Assembly (NCBI GenBank): GCA_963786935.1
Contig: CAWBAN010000001.1
Location: 640,001-704,000, forward strand
Origin: an uncultured bacterium
Lineage (GTDB): Bacteria; Krumholzibacteriota; Krumholzibacteriia; Krumholzibacteriales; Krumholzibacteriaceae
DNA length: 64,000 nucleotides
Direction of reading: 5' to 3'
The notes beneath the pieces are model-generated. The model saw nothing but the letters and a program-made list of their open reading frames with translations. It did no database searches and was not told the origin of the DNA. The position numbers were made by a program, and so were the translations under genes. Positions within the stretch are counted from its first letter, which is position 1. Each line of letters begins with the position of its first letter. Shown here piece after piece: positions 29,232-38,876 of this stretch.

Positions 29232-29912
29232 ATGACGGACGAGAGGAACGGAGATGACGGGTTGAACAGACCGGTTGAGCTTCGGGAGCGCAGGATCGAT
29301 TTCGGCGAGCTCACCGACGAGGAGCTGATGCTCCTCGTCCAGGAGGGGCGGAACCAGGCGTTCGACGCGCTCGTCGGCAGATACAAGAACCGCCTGTTCA
29401 CCTACCTGTTCCGGCTTCTCGGGGATCGCGGCGAGGCGGAGGAATTCGCCCAGGAGACATTCGTCAAGGCGTACATCCATGCTGAAAAATACCGGACGAT
29501 CGCCCGTTTCTCGACATGGCTGTACACGATCGCGACGAATCTCGTTCGCAACCGCATGCGGAACGCGAAACGGAGGCCGGCGATGGTGAGCCTCTGGTCG
29601 GAGAACGCGGGGGGCGAAGAGGACGGCAAGTGGATGGAGCTGCGGGACGATACGCAGCGGCCCGATTACAATATGGAGCAATCGAACCTGAACGAGCTGA
29701 TCCAGGACGCGATCGAGAAGATTCCCGGAAAGTACCGTCCGGCCTTCGTGCTCCGGGAGATCAACGATTTGAGCTACGAGGAGATCGCCGCCGTGACCGG
29801 ACTCAAGCTCGGCACGGTGCGCTCGCGCATAAACAGGGGGAGGGCGCACTTCAAGAAGATGGTCGCCCCGTACGTCGCCAAGGATTTCGAGACCAAGGGG
29901 AACAAAGCATGA
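29232..29912 (+). CDS. ECF RNA polymerase sigma factor (RpoE/SigW-like)
   Basis: AEEFAQETF, FSTWLYTIATN, LSYEEIA, GTVRSRINRGR. Confidence 0.95.
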   Translation: MTDERNGDDGLNRPVELRERRIDFGELTDEELMLLVQEGRNQAFDALVGRYKNRLFTYLFRLLGDRGEAEEFAQETFVKAYIHAEKYRTIARFSTWLYTIATNLVRNRMRNAKRRPAMVSLWSENAGGEEDGKWMELRDDTQRPDYNMEQSNLNELIQDAIEKIPGKYRPAFVLREINDLSYEEIAAVTGLKLGTVRSRINRGRAHFKKMVAPYVAKDFETKGNKA

Positions 29913-30607
29913 AATGCGGCAAGGCGCAGGATCTGTACTTCTCAAGTCGCGACGGGGCGCTCGATGAGGCCGGTCGCATGGAGCTCGCGCGGCACCTCGC
30001 GCACTGCCCCTCGTGCGAGCTGCTCGTGAAGGAGCTGGAAGCGAGCCTCGATGCAGCCCGCGCGCTCCCCGAGCTCTCCGTGAGCGAGGGATTCGAGTGG
30101 AACGTGAAACGCCGCATCCTGCAGGAGAAATCGAAGCTCATGCGCCGCGACGTCGAGCCGAATCCGTTCGGCGAGCGGCGGTGGGTGCTCCGGTTCGCGC
30201 TCGGCGCCGCCGCCGCCGCGGTCTTCGTCATCGCCGCGACGACGTTCGTGGTGCAGCGGATCGGGATGAATGAGCCCCGCGTCAGGGAAGTCGCCCGCGC
30301 CGAGCGATCGGACGCCGCTCCGATACAGGCGCCGGCCGTCGAGAGGGACGCGTTCGCCGAGTACCGCGGCGCCGGCACTTTCGCGGGCCCCCGGATGGTA
30401 TCGGACAACATCTTCACCTTCGAGCGCGGCGGGGAGAGCGTCAGCCCGTCCCCGTTCGACGTCGTCGCCGCGTCCCGCGAGGATTCGCTCGCGCGCGAGA
30501 ACGAGCTGCTCAAGCGGCGGATTCAGCGCCTCGAACGTCAGATCCTGATGTACCGGGGCATGCTCGACAAGGAACGCATGCAGCGGCTCAATATGTCGCT
30601 GCCGTGA
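29909..30607 (+). CDS. Zinc-binding anti-sigma factor (zf-HC2) with TM helix and C-terminal coiled coil
   Basis: HLAHCPSC (HxxxCxxC); TM segment FALGAAAAAVFVIAATTFVV; ATGA overlap with the sigma gene. Confidence 0.85.
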   Translation: MKCGKAQDLYFSSRDGALDEAGRMELARHLAHCPSCELLVKELEASLDAARALPELSVSEGFEWNVKRRILQEKSKLMRRDVEPNPFGERRWVLRFALGAAAAAVFVIAATTFVVQRIGMNEPRVREVARAERSDAAPIQAPAVERDAFAEYRGAGTFAGPRMVSDNIFTFERGGESVSPSPFDVVAASREDSLARENELLKRRIQRLERQILMYRGMLDKERMQRLNMSLP

Positions 30608-30702
30608 GCGGATCGATCCCGCGCGTCCCCCGCGCGGCGGAGCGCCATTTTCCGCTTGCCCCCGCGCCTCGTCCGGCCCTATTGTTCCCGTGGAGCACCG
30701 CC

Positions 30703-31725
30703 ATGAGAAACCTGCCGATCATCATCGCGTTCGCGTGCCTCGGAGCCGTGGCCGCCTCGTGCGGAAACCGGGGGCCGTTCAACACGCTCCCCGCGGGCTC
30801 GTACAGCGGAGTCGTGCTCGTGACCGAAACGGGCACGGTCGAGGGCCCGACGGCGGAGATGGTGAACGCCATTCAGCACGAGCTCGATTTCTATACGAAG
30901 AACGAGCTGCAGTTCAGGGTCCGCGTCGTGCCCGCCGTCGAGTTCGAGAAAGAAATCCCCGCGAAGAACATGGTGATCTTCGGCATCGTGAACCAGGGGA
31001 GAATCGGAGGCATCATCGAGCAGTTCATCGGCGCCTCGGGCGCGAAAGGGGTGCTCGAGGGGAGATACAGCGTCTTCAAGAAAATGAACGCTCCCGTCAA
31101 CGGGCAGCTCACGATCATCGTGACGGGTGTCTCCGCCGCGGATCTGGCGCTCGCCGCACGGGAGCAGGGAGCCGTTCTCCGGGATATTCTCGAAGCCGGG
31201 AACCGGGAGCGGATTCGCGAGTCGATGCTCAAGCAGGGAGAGGACACGTATCTCGAAAAGCGGCTGAAAGAACGGTACGGCTTCTCGCTGAGGATCCCGA
31301 GGGTTTACAAGCTCGACGAGGAGCGTCCCGAGGTTCCCGGAATCTCGCTCGTCCATCCCGAGCCGCCCCGCGTGCTTTCGGTATCGTGGAAGACGTTCGG
31401 AAACGGCACGGTGTCTCTCGCCGATTCGAACGAGCTCTATCGGATCAGGTCGGACGTTTCGTTCAAGCTGTTCGACAAGTACGTGATGCGGCGCGATCTC
31501 GTCAAATTCGGGACCACGCGGCTCGGCGCGTACGAGGCGGTGCGGATGGACGGATACTGGGAGAGCAGCGTCACGGCGGCCGGCGGCTCCTTCATCTGCT
31601 ATTTCATCGTCGACGGCGTCACCTCCCGCCTCTGGATCGTCGACTGTCTCGTCTACGCGCCGGGGCAGGACAAGAACGAGCTCCTGCGGGAAACGATGGC
31701 GTTCGCCGAGACGTTCTCCTTCTAG
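30703..31725 (+). CDS. Lipoprotein, DUF4837-like
   Basis: Lipobox AASC; C-terminus GYWE..GGSF..VYAPGQDKNELLRE resembles DUF4837. Confidence 0.7.
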   Translation: MRNLPIIIAFACLGAVAASCGNRGPFNTLPAGSYSGVVLVTETGTVEGPTAEMVNAIQHELDFYTKNELQFRVRVVPAVEFEKEIPAKNMVIFGIVNQGRIGGIIEQFIGASGAKGVLEGRYSVFKKMNAPVNGQLTIIVTGVSAADLALAAREQGAVLRDILEAGNRERIRESMLKQGEDTYLEKRLKERYGFSLRIPRVYKLDEERPEVPGISLVHPEPPRVLSVSWKTFGNGTVSLADSNELYRIRSDVSFKLFDKYVMRRDLVKFGTTRLGAYEAVRMDGYWESSVTAAGGSFICYFIVDGVTSRLWIVDCLVYAPGQDKNELLRETMAFAETFSF

Positions 31726-31748
31726 CGCGCCCGGACGGGCGCATTCTC

Positions 31749-31777
31749 TTGACAGCGCGCGTTCCCTCTGATAGCTT
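31749..31777 (+). promoter_or_regulatory. sigma70-type promoter for the TPR-efp unit
   Basis: TTGACA-N17-TAGCTT with a TGn extended -10. Confidence 0.6.
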
Positions 31778-31821
31778 CGAACAGGTTGATTCTGACCTCT
31801 CGGATTCGAAAGGCCCGCAGC

Positions 31822-32751
31822 ATGAGCGATGATCTGCAGAACCTGATCGAACGGTACAACCGCGCGCGCGATTCGCGGCTCTTCGCCCCGCTCGCGGACG
31901 CCTACCGCAAGAACGGCGATATCGACACGGCCATCGAGGTCCTCGAGCGCGGGCTCGAGAAGATGCCGCAGTACGCGAGCGCCCACGTGATCCTGGCGAA
32001 ATGCTACTACGACAAGGGGGCCACCGAGCGGGCGAAGGCGGAGTTCCGCCGTGTCCTCGAGCTGGACGCCGAGAATCTCGTGGCCCTCAAGTTCATGGGG
32101 GATATCCTCCTCGCCGAAGACAAGCGGCCGGAGGCGGCGGAGTGCTACCGGAAGATACTCGCCGTCGACCCGTCGAACGCCGACGTGGCGCGCGCGCTCA
32201 AGGAGATGGAATCGTCCTTCGTCGTCAAGGAGATCGATCTCGCCGACGAGAAGAAGACGCGCGACGAGCGCCCGCGGGAGCTCGCGACGATGACGCTCGC
32301 GGGCATCTACGCCTCGCAGGGATACTACAACAAGGCGCTCCGCATCTATCACGACGTGCTCGACCGGGAGCCGGGAAATGCGGAAGCGAAGGAGATGGTG
32401 GCGAAGCTCGAGGGGCTCATGAACGCCACGGAGACCGAGCGGGACAAGGCGTTCCGCGAGGATGTGCTCACCATTTCACTCGGCGATATCAGCGAGGGGC
32501 TCGTCTCGAGCACGGCGGGGCGCGGGGGAGAGCAGGCGGAGGAAGACGCGTCGGTGGGGCGGACGATCGCGCGGGACGCGCTCGGCGGCGCGCGGAGGCG
32601 CGCGGAGGACATCGCCGGCGAGCCGGGCTCCGAAGCGCCCGCTGCCCCGGATGGCCGGATCGAATCAGCGGCGGATTCCCCTGACGCTCCCGCGGAGAGC
32701 CGGGAAATGGAGCAATTCCGCGAATGGCTCCGGAGACTGCGGAGCAAGTAG
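31822..32751 (+). CDS. Cytoplasmic TPR protein
   Basis: FAPLADAYRKNG TPRs, TMTLAGIYASQG, low-complexity linker, terminal FREWLRRL. Confidence 0.85.
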   Translation: MSDDLQNLIERYNRARDSRLFAPLADAYRKNGDIDTAIEVLERGLEKMPQYASAHVILAKCYYDKGATERAKAEFRRVLELDAENLVALKFMGDILLAEDKRPEAAECYRKILAVDPSNADVARALKEMESSFVVKEIDLADEKKTRDERPRELATMTLAGIYASQGYYNKALRIYHDVLDREPGNAEAKEMVAKLEGLMNATETERDKAFREDVLTISLGDISEGLVSSTAGRGGEQAEEDASVGRTIARDALGGARRRAEDIAGEPGSEAPAAPDGRIESAADSPDAPAESREMEQFREWLRRLRSK

Positions 32752-32784
32752 CGCGGCGATGCGGACGGCGCGGGGAGAGCGGCC

Positions 32785-33342
32785 ATGGCGGACACGAGCG
32801 ATTTCAGGAACGGCATGATCGTCAGAATCGACGGGAAGCTCTTCTCCATCGTCGAATTCCAGCACGTGAAAATGCAGCAGCGGCGGCCGATCGTGCGGAC
32901 GCGGCTCAAGCAGATCCCCGAAGGGTACGTTCTCGACAAGACCTTCATGGCGGGGGACCGGGTGGATGAGGTCAGGCTCGACCGCCGGCAGTGCCAGTAC
33001 CTCTACGCCGTCGGGGATCTCTACCATCTCATGGATGTCGAGACCTTCGAGCAGTTCCCCGTTTCGAAGACGGTCGTCGCGGGCGCGATCCCCTATCTGG
33101 TCGAGAACATGGTTGTCACGCTCTTCGCCGACGGCGACAAGCCCGTCACGGTCGACCTTCCGCTCATCGTCGAGCTCGCGGTCAGGGAGACGGAGCCCGG
33201 AGTGCGCGGGGACACCGCGCAGGGCGGCTCGAAAACGGCCGTGCTCGAATCCGGAACGAAGATCATCGTTCCCCTCTTCATCGAGACGGGGAACGTGCTG
33301 CGCATCGACACGCGGACCGGCAGGTACATCGAGCGCGCCTGA
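32785..33342 (+). CDS. efp: Elongation factor P with non-canonical loop I
   Basis: DFRNGM, QYLY, MDVETFEQ, TEPGVRGDTAQGGSK, VPLFIETG, IDTRTGRYIERA. Confidence 0.95.
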   Translation: MADTSDFRNGMIVRIDGKLFSIVEFQHVKMQQRRPIVRTRLKQIPEGYVLDKTFMAGDRVDEVRLDRRQCQYLYAVGDLYHLMDVETFEQFPVSKTVVAGAIPYLVENMVVTLFADGDKPVTVDLPLIVELAVRETEPGVRGDTAQGGSKTAVLESGTKIIVPLFIETGNVLRIDTRTGRYIERA

Positions 33343-33370
33343 AGCGCGCCCCGGCTGCGATTCACCGGCG

Positions 33371-33397
33371 GGCCGCCTCCCCGGCGGCCTCGGTTTT
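33371..33397 (+). terminator. Possible intrinsic terminator after efp
   Basis: GGCCGCC-TCCCC-GGCGGCC hairpin followed by TCGGTTTT. Confidence 0.45.
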
Positions 33398-33406
33398 CCC
33401 TCGAAT

Positions 33407-33422
33407 CGGCCTGATACTTGCA
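33407..33422 (+). promoter_or_regulatory. Candidate sigma54 (-24/-12) promoter upstream of pilT
   Basis: CGGCCTGATACTTGCA has GG-N10-GC spacing with TTGCA. Confidence 0.45.
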
Positions 33423-33553
33423 AAAAATCATGAGCGGGGAGGCCCCCTTCAACCGGGGCGGCTGGCGAGACGCAACCCATTGTCATTACTCGCGATATCC
33501 GTTTGAGCGGAATCGGCCGGATTTGCATTTTCGTCATCGGGAAGGTGTGTTGC

Positions 33554-34687
33554 ATGAATATCAAGAAGGTTCTCGAGGAAATGATCAACCAGGGAGGGTC
33601 CGATCTGCATCTGAAGGCGGGGCTCCCTCCGGTCGTCCGGGTCGATGGGAAGCTCCGTCATCTCGGCCTCGAGAAGCCGTCGCCGAAGGATCTCGAGGAG
33701 GTCGCGGGACAGATCCTCACGCCGTCCCAGAAGGATCGCTTCACGAAAACGCGCGAAGTGGACTTCGCGTTCGGCGTCTCGGGGCTCGCCCGCTTTCGCG
33801 CGAACTTCTACGTGCAGCGCGGCTCGATCGCCATGGTGTTCCGGCACGTCCCCGTGAACATCAAGAGCATCGACGAGCTCTCGCTCCCCGTCGTGCTCAA
33901 GGAGCTCTCGCTCCGTCCGCGCGGCCTCATCTTCGTCACCGGAACGGTCGGAAGCGGCAAGTCGACGACGCTGACCTCCATGGTCAACGAGATCAACAAG
34001 ACGGCGAACAAGAACATCATCACGGTGGAGGATCCAATCGAGTTCCTCCATCACGACGAGAAGAGCATCATCAACCAGCGCGAGATCGGGAGCGACACGT
34101 CCTCATTCCACGAGGCGCTCCGCCACATCCTCCGGCAGGATCCCGACGTGATCCTCGTCGGCGAGATCCGCGACGCCCTGACGATGGAGATCGCGCTCAT
34201 GGCCGCCGACACGGGGCATCTCGTCCTGTCGACGCTCCATACGGTGGATGCGACGCAAACGATCAACCGTGTCATCTCGTTCTTCCCTCCGCACCAGCAC
34301 CAGGAAATCCGCTACCTGCTCGGCGCAACCCTCCAGGCGGTCGTCGCCCAGCGGCTCATCCCGATCAGCGGCGGGAAGGGGCGCGTCCCGGCGGTGGAAG
34401 TAATGATTGTCACGTCGACGATCCGGGAGTATATTATCGATCCTGAAAAGACGCCTCTCATCACGCAGGCGATTCGGGAGGGTGTCTCCTCGCACGGCAT
34501 GCAGAGCTTCGATCAGTCGCTCATGAAGCTCCTGTCCGATGGCCATATCACGATGGAGGAGGCGCTCAAGAACAGCTCGAACCCTCACGAGTTCAGCCTC
34601 CGGCTCAAGGGCATCCAGGCCACGAGCGACAAGACGTGGGAGACGTTCGAAAGCGCGGGAAAGGGCGGTCCTGCGGGCGATTTCTGA
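33554..34687 (+). CDS. pilT: Type IV pilus retraction ATPase (PilT/PilU family)
   Basis: SDLHL, RFRANFY, GTVGSGKST, TVEDPIE, LRQDPDVILVGEIRD, TGHLVLSTLHT, GMQSFDQSL. Confidence 0.93.
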   Translation: MNIKKVLEEMINQGGSDLHLKAGLPPVVRVDGKLRHLGLEKPSPKDLEEVAGQILTPSQKDRFTKTREVDFAFGVSGLARFRANFYVQRGSIAMVFRHVPVNIKSIDELSLPVVLKELSLRPRGLIFVTGTVGSGKSTTLTSMVNEINKTANKNIITVEDPIEFLHHDEKSIINQREIGSDTSSFHEALRHILRQDPDVILVGEIRDALTMEIALMAADTGHLVLSTLHTVDATQTINRVISFFPPHQHQEIRYLLGATLQAVVAQRLIPISGGKGRVPAVEVMIVTSTIREYIIDPEKTPLITQAIREGVSSHGMQSFDQSLMKLLSDGHITMEEALKNSSNPHEFSLRLKGIQATSDKTWETFESAGKGGPAGDF

Positions 34688-34787
34688 TCCCCTCCATGCG
34701 GGGCGATCGTGAGCCCGTTCACGGAGTCCGCCCGGCCTCCGCGTTCCGGATTCACGGCGGCATCATTCGTCCGAACATGAGTGCGGG

Positions 34788-35501
34788 ATGAACATCGTTT
34801 TCTACGCAACGCTCGAGCAGATCGAGAAGAACGCCCTCCAGAACGCCTCGGTCGTCGTGATCGACGTGCTGCGGGCCTCCAGCACGATCGTCGCCGCCCT
34901 CGAGAGCGGCGCCGACCGGATCATCCCCATCGCCGACGTCGAAACCGCCTCCCGTCTCGTGCGCCCCGCGGAACGCGACAAGAAGCTGCTCGCGGGGGAG
35001 CGGAAGGGGCTCCCCGTCCCGGGCTTCGATCTCTCCAACTCGCCGTCCGAATTCACCCCCGCCCGCGTTCGCGGCAGAACGATCGTTCTGACGACGACGA
35101 ACGGCACCCGCGCCGTCACGGCGGCCGCGAAGGCGGGACGCATCGTCGTCTGCGCGCTCACGAACCTCCACGCGGTCGCCGCCGCGCTCCGCGGCGAGAG
35201 CGAGCTCGTCGTGCTCTGCTGCGGCACGGAGGGGAGCATCGCGGCGGAGGATCTGCTCTGCGGCGGGCTGCTGCTCCAGAATCTCGGCCCCGCCGTCGCG
35301 TCCGATTCCCTCTCCGACGCGGCGCGCATCGCGAGCGCGCTCGCGGAGCGGTTCGGCGGGAACGCCGAGGCGTTCCTTCGCTCGTCCGATCACGGCCGGC
35401 GGCTCATCGGGCTCGGATTCGAGGCGGACGTCGCGTACTGCGCCCGTATCGGCGTGAGCGCGTGCGTCCCCACGGCCAAAGAGGGAGTGATCGTTTCCTG
35501 A
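34788..35501 (+). CDS. comB: 2-phosphosulfolactate phosphatase family protein
   Basis: VIDVLRASSTI, GERKG, SNSPSE, TTTNGT, EDLLCGG. Confidence 0.92.
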   Translation: MNIVFYATLEQIEKNALQNASVVVIDVLRASSTIVAALESGADRIIPIADVETASRLVRPAERDKKLLAGERKGLPVPGFDLSNSPSEFTPARVRGRTIVLTTTNGTRAVTAAAKAGRIVVCALTNLHAVAAALRGESELVVLCCGTEGSIAAEDLLCGGLLLQNLGPAVASDSLSDAARIASALAERFGGNAEAFLRSSDHGRRLIGLGFEADVAYCARIGVSACVPTAKEGVIVS

Positions 35502-35502
35502 G

Positions 35503-36593
35503 ATGGCGGGAGGTGGGGATACGGATCGCGCGGTTGTCGTGCGGATTCTCGACGCGAACGCGAACCGCTGCGCCGAAGGGCTCCGCGTCGTCGAGGAGAT
35601 CGCGCGGTTCTCGATGGAGGACGCGGCGCTGACGGGACGCCTGAAAGACCTGCGCCACCGGGTGCGCCGTTCCGCGGAGGCGCTCGCCCGGGGAGCGCTG
35701 CGGCACCGGGACAGCGTCGGGGACGTGGGGAGCGGAAGCGCGACCGCTTCGGAGCTCGCCCGGAGCTCGCTCGCCGCCGTCGCGCGGGCGAATTTCGCGC
35801 GGTCCGAAGAGGCGCTGCGCGTGATCGAGGAGTTCGGAAAGCTCGTCGACGACGAAGGCTCGCGCGTCTTCAAATCGCTTCGCTTCGAGCTCTACACGAT
35901 CGAGCGCGCATTCTTCGCCGGAGCGTCCGCCGGGATTTCCCTGCCGCGCCCCCCCTTCCTCTACGCGGTCCTCGATCGCGGGGTCGTCGGGGGGGGCAGG
36001 TGGCGTCCGCGTCCGCGGCGCTCGTGGCCGCCGGCGTCGACATGATTCAGTACCGCGCCAAGGAAGCCGGCGCGGCGGAGCGGCGGCGCGACGTCGCCGC
36101 GATTCTCGAGGCGGCGCGCGGCGCGTCGATTCCGGTGATCGTGAACGACGACGTCGAGCTCGCCGCGGAAGCGGGCGCGGACGGCGTCCATATCGGCGCG
36201 GCCGATATGTCTCCGGCGGACGCCCGGACGATCGTGGGGCGGGACCGGATCGTCGGCGTGTCGGCGACTACGCTCGACGATCTCGCGCGGGCGGCCGAGG
36301 CGCCGGTCGATTATATCGGCGTCGGCCCGGTGTATCCTTCGCCGACCAAACCGGAGTCGCGGGCGCTCGGGATCGGATTCGTGCGGGACGCGCGGGAGAG
36401 AACGAAGCTGCCGCTCGTCGCCATCGGCGGAATATCGGCGGCGAACGCCGGCGAGGTGCTCGACGCGGGAGCCGACGGCATCGCCGTCGTTTCGGCGATT
36501 CTCCGCGGGGATATCGGGAGAAACTGCTTTACGCTGAAGGGGATCATTGCTACAAGATTGCGGCAGGGAAGGGGAGGCCCGGCGGGCGCGTGA
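35503..36593 (+). CDS. thiE: Thiamine-phosphate synthase with N-terminal ThiD2 domain, frameshifted at a G8 run 35989-35996
   Basis: RILDANANRCAEGLRVVEE (ThiD2); then QYRAK, IVNDD, DGVHIG, GPVYPSPTK, AIGGI in the next frame. Confidence 0.88.
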
Positions 36594-36665
36594 TCGGCAT
36601 TTCGGGCGGCCCGCGGGGGGCCGTATTCGGGCCGTGAACCGCGCCGTTTTCGCTCGAGAGGTTCC

Positions 36666-38876
36666 ATGCGGATAACGAAAGGTGTTCTGCTGATCATCGT
36701 GGCCGTCTTTCTCGGCGTGGCGCTCGCCTCGCACCAGAGAGAGGACGTGAGCGCGCCATGGGATGACTGGGGCGCCTTCTGGCAGGCGAAGAACCTGTGC
36801 GGACCGATCGGCGCGGGAGTGTCCGGATCGCTCCACTATTTCTTCGGCCCCGCGCTCGCGTGGTTCTGGCCGCTGTTCGCGCTGCTGTTCGCCCTGTTCG
36901 CGTTCAAGGACATCGAGGCGCGCGAGCACGGGCGCCGCATCGCGACCGGCCTCGCGCTGTTCGTCGTTCTATCGGGCATCGTCGCCATTTTCGGCGGCCG
37001 CGGCCCGGGGGGGCTCACGGGCGCGAAGACGCTCGGATTTTTCCGTCTGGTCTCCGGGCGCGTCGGATCGGTGCTCATCCTCGCCGCGCTCTTTCTCGTG
37101 CTGTCGTTCTTCATGTTTCCGAGCGCCGTCGAGGGGCTCCTCTCGAAGCTCAAGGATATCCGCGTGCCGCGGTTCGAGCTCCCGAAGCCGGGGCGCGATG
37201 GCGGGAAATCGAAGCGGCCGAAACGGAAACGGGAAGAGGGGGGGCGGGAGGTTCCGGAGATTCCGGTGATCGTCGAGTCAGAGAGGGAGCGCGCGCCGGC
37301 CGGACGGGCGCGGAACCGGATCGAGGATGCCGAGGCCGAGCGGGCGCCGCGGATCACGGTCCCCGAGCTCCCCGTCGCGAGGGGGGAGGACGCGCGGCCC
37401 GCGGAGGCGGACGAGGTGCCGTCCCCGCCGCCCGCGGCGGCGGGAGACATGCCGCTGCCGGAACTCTCGCTCCTCGACGATTACGAGGCGCGCGGGGTTT
37501 CGTACAGCACCGATGATCTCATCGCGCGGAGCTCGGTCATCGAGCAGAAGCTCAAGGATTACGGGCTCGACGGGAAGATCCAGGAGGTGCGTCCCGGCCC
37601 CGTCGTGACGACGTTCGAGTTCGTCCCCGGCCCGGGGATCAAGGTGAGCCAGATCGCGAGCCGCGCGGACGACGTCTCGCTCGCGCTCGCGGCGAGATCC
37701 ATCCGGATCCAAGCGCCGATCCCGGGGCGAGGCGCCGTCGGCATCGAGGTGCCCAATCCGGAACCGAGCCTCGTCTCGCTCAAGGAGCTGCTCGAGCACT
37801 ACCCGAGCGACAAGGAGGGGCTCGTCGTGCCTCTCGGCAAGACGGTGACCGGGGAGCCCTTCTTCGCCGATATCTCGGACATGCCGCACCTCCTCATCGC
37901 CGGCGCGACCGGAAGCGGCAAGAGCGTCTGTATCAACACGGTCATCTGCTCGCTCCTCTTCCACCACACGCCGGCCTCGTGCCGCTTCATCCTCGTCGAT
38001 CCGAAGCGTCTCGAGCTCATCGCGTACAACGATATCCCGCACCTCCTCCATCCGGTGATCACCGAATCGAAACGCGTGCTCAAGATTCTCCAGTGGCTCA
38101 CGATCGAGATGGATCGCCGGTACAAGCTGCTCGCCTCGGTCGGCGTGAAGAACATCCAGGGCTTCAACCGCAAGGTCGCCGAGGAGGGGATCGTCCATCC
38201 GGAAACGCAGGAGCCCCTGTCGCGTCTGCCGTATTACGTCACGATCATCGACGAGCTCGCCGACATCATGGTCACGATGGGGAACGAGATCTACCCGCCG
38301 ATCACGCGCCTCTCGCAGATGGCCCGCGCCGTCGGCATCCATCTCGTGTTCGCGACGCAGCGGCCCTCCGTGGACGTGGTCACGGGGCTCATCAAGGCCA
38401 ATTTCCCCTGCCGGCTCGCCTTCCAGGTGACGTCGAAGACCGATTCGCGGACGATCCTCGACGCGAACGGCGCGGAGAAGCTTCTCGGAAACGGAGACAT
38501 GCTGTACCTGCCGAAGAATCTGCCCCATCCCATCCGGCTCCAGGGAGCGTTCATCTCGGAGAAGGAATCCGAGCGCGTGGCGACGTACTGGAGGAAGTAC
38601 GCCGCCGAGGAGGAGGCGCTCGATCTCGCGGACGAGGCGCCGTCCGCGACCGACGACGACGCGCCGATCGACGACGAGCTCTTCCAGAAGGCGAAGGATC
38701 TCGTCGTGATGCACCAGCAGGGCTCCATCTCTCTCCTCCAGCGACGCCTGAGGGTCGGCTACGCGCGCGCCGCCCGCCTCATCGACATGCTCGAGCAGGC
38801 GGGGGTCGTCGGCCCCTTCGAGGGGAGCAAGGCGCGGCGGGTCCTCGTGAGCCGCGAGAGCTACGATGAAAGCTGA
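36666..38876 (+). CDS. ftsK: DNA translocase FtsK
   Basis: N-terminal TM domain; PHLLIAGATGSGKS, IDELAD, ATQRPSVDV; gamma domain LQRRLRVGYARAARL. Confidence 0.97.
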   Translation: MRITKGVLLIIVAVFLGVALASHQREDVSAPWDDWGAFWQAKNLCGPIGAGVSGSLHYFFGPALAWFWPLFALLFALFAFKDIEAREHGRRIATGLALFVVLSGIVAIFGGRGPGGLTGAKTLGFFRLVSGRVGSVLILAALFLVLSFFMFPSAVEGLLSKLKDIRVPRFELPKPGRDGGKSKRPKRKREEGGREVPEIPVIVESERERAPAGRARNRIEDAEAERAPRITVPELPVARGEDARPAEADEVPSPPPAAAGDMPLPELSLLDDYEARGVSYSTDDLIARSSVIEQKLKDYGLDGKIQEVRPGPVVTTFEFVPGPGIKVSQIASRADDVSLALAARSIRIQAPIPGRGAVGIEVPNPEPSLVSLKELLEHYPSDKEGLVVPLGKTVTGEPFFADISDMPHLLIAGATGSGKSVCINTVICSLLFHHTPASCRFILVDPKRLELIAYNDIPHLLHPVITESKRVLKILQWLTIEMDRRYKLLASVGVKNIQGFNRKVAEEGIVHPETQEPLSRLPYYVTIIDELADIMVTMGNEIYPPITRLSQMARAVGIHLVFATQRPSVDVVTGLIKANFPCRLAFQVTSKTDSRTILDANGAEKLLGNGDMLYLPKNLPHPIRLQGAFISEKESERVATYWRKYAAEEEALDLADEAPSATDDDAPIDDELFQKAKDLVVMHQQGSISLLQRRLRVGYARAARLIDMLEQAGVVGPFEGSKARRVLVSRESYDES

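Noticed and set aside
35503..36593. ThiD2-ThiE fusion as a novelty
   Set aside because: Known architecture in cyanobacteria, planctomycetes and others
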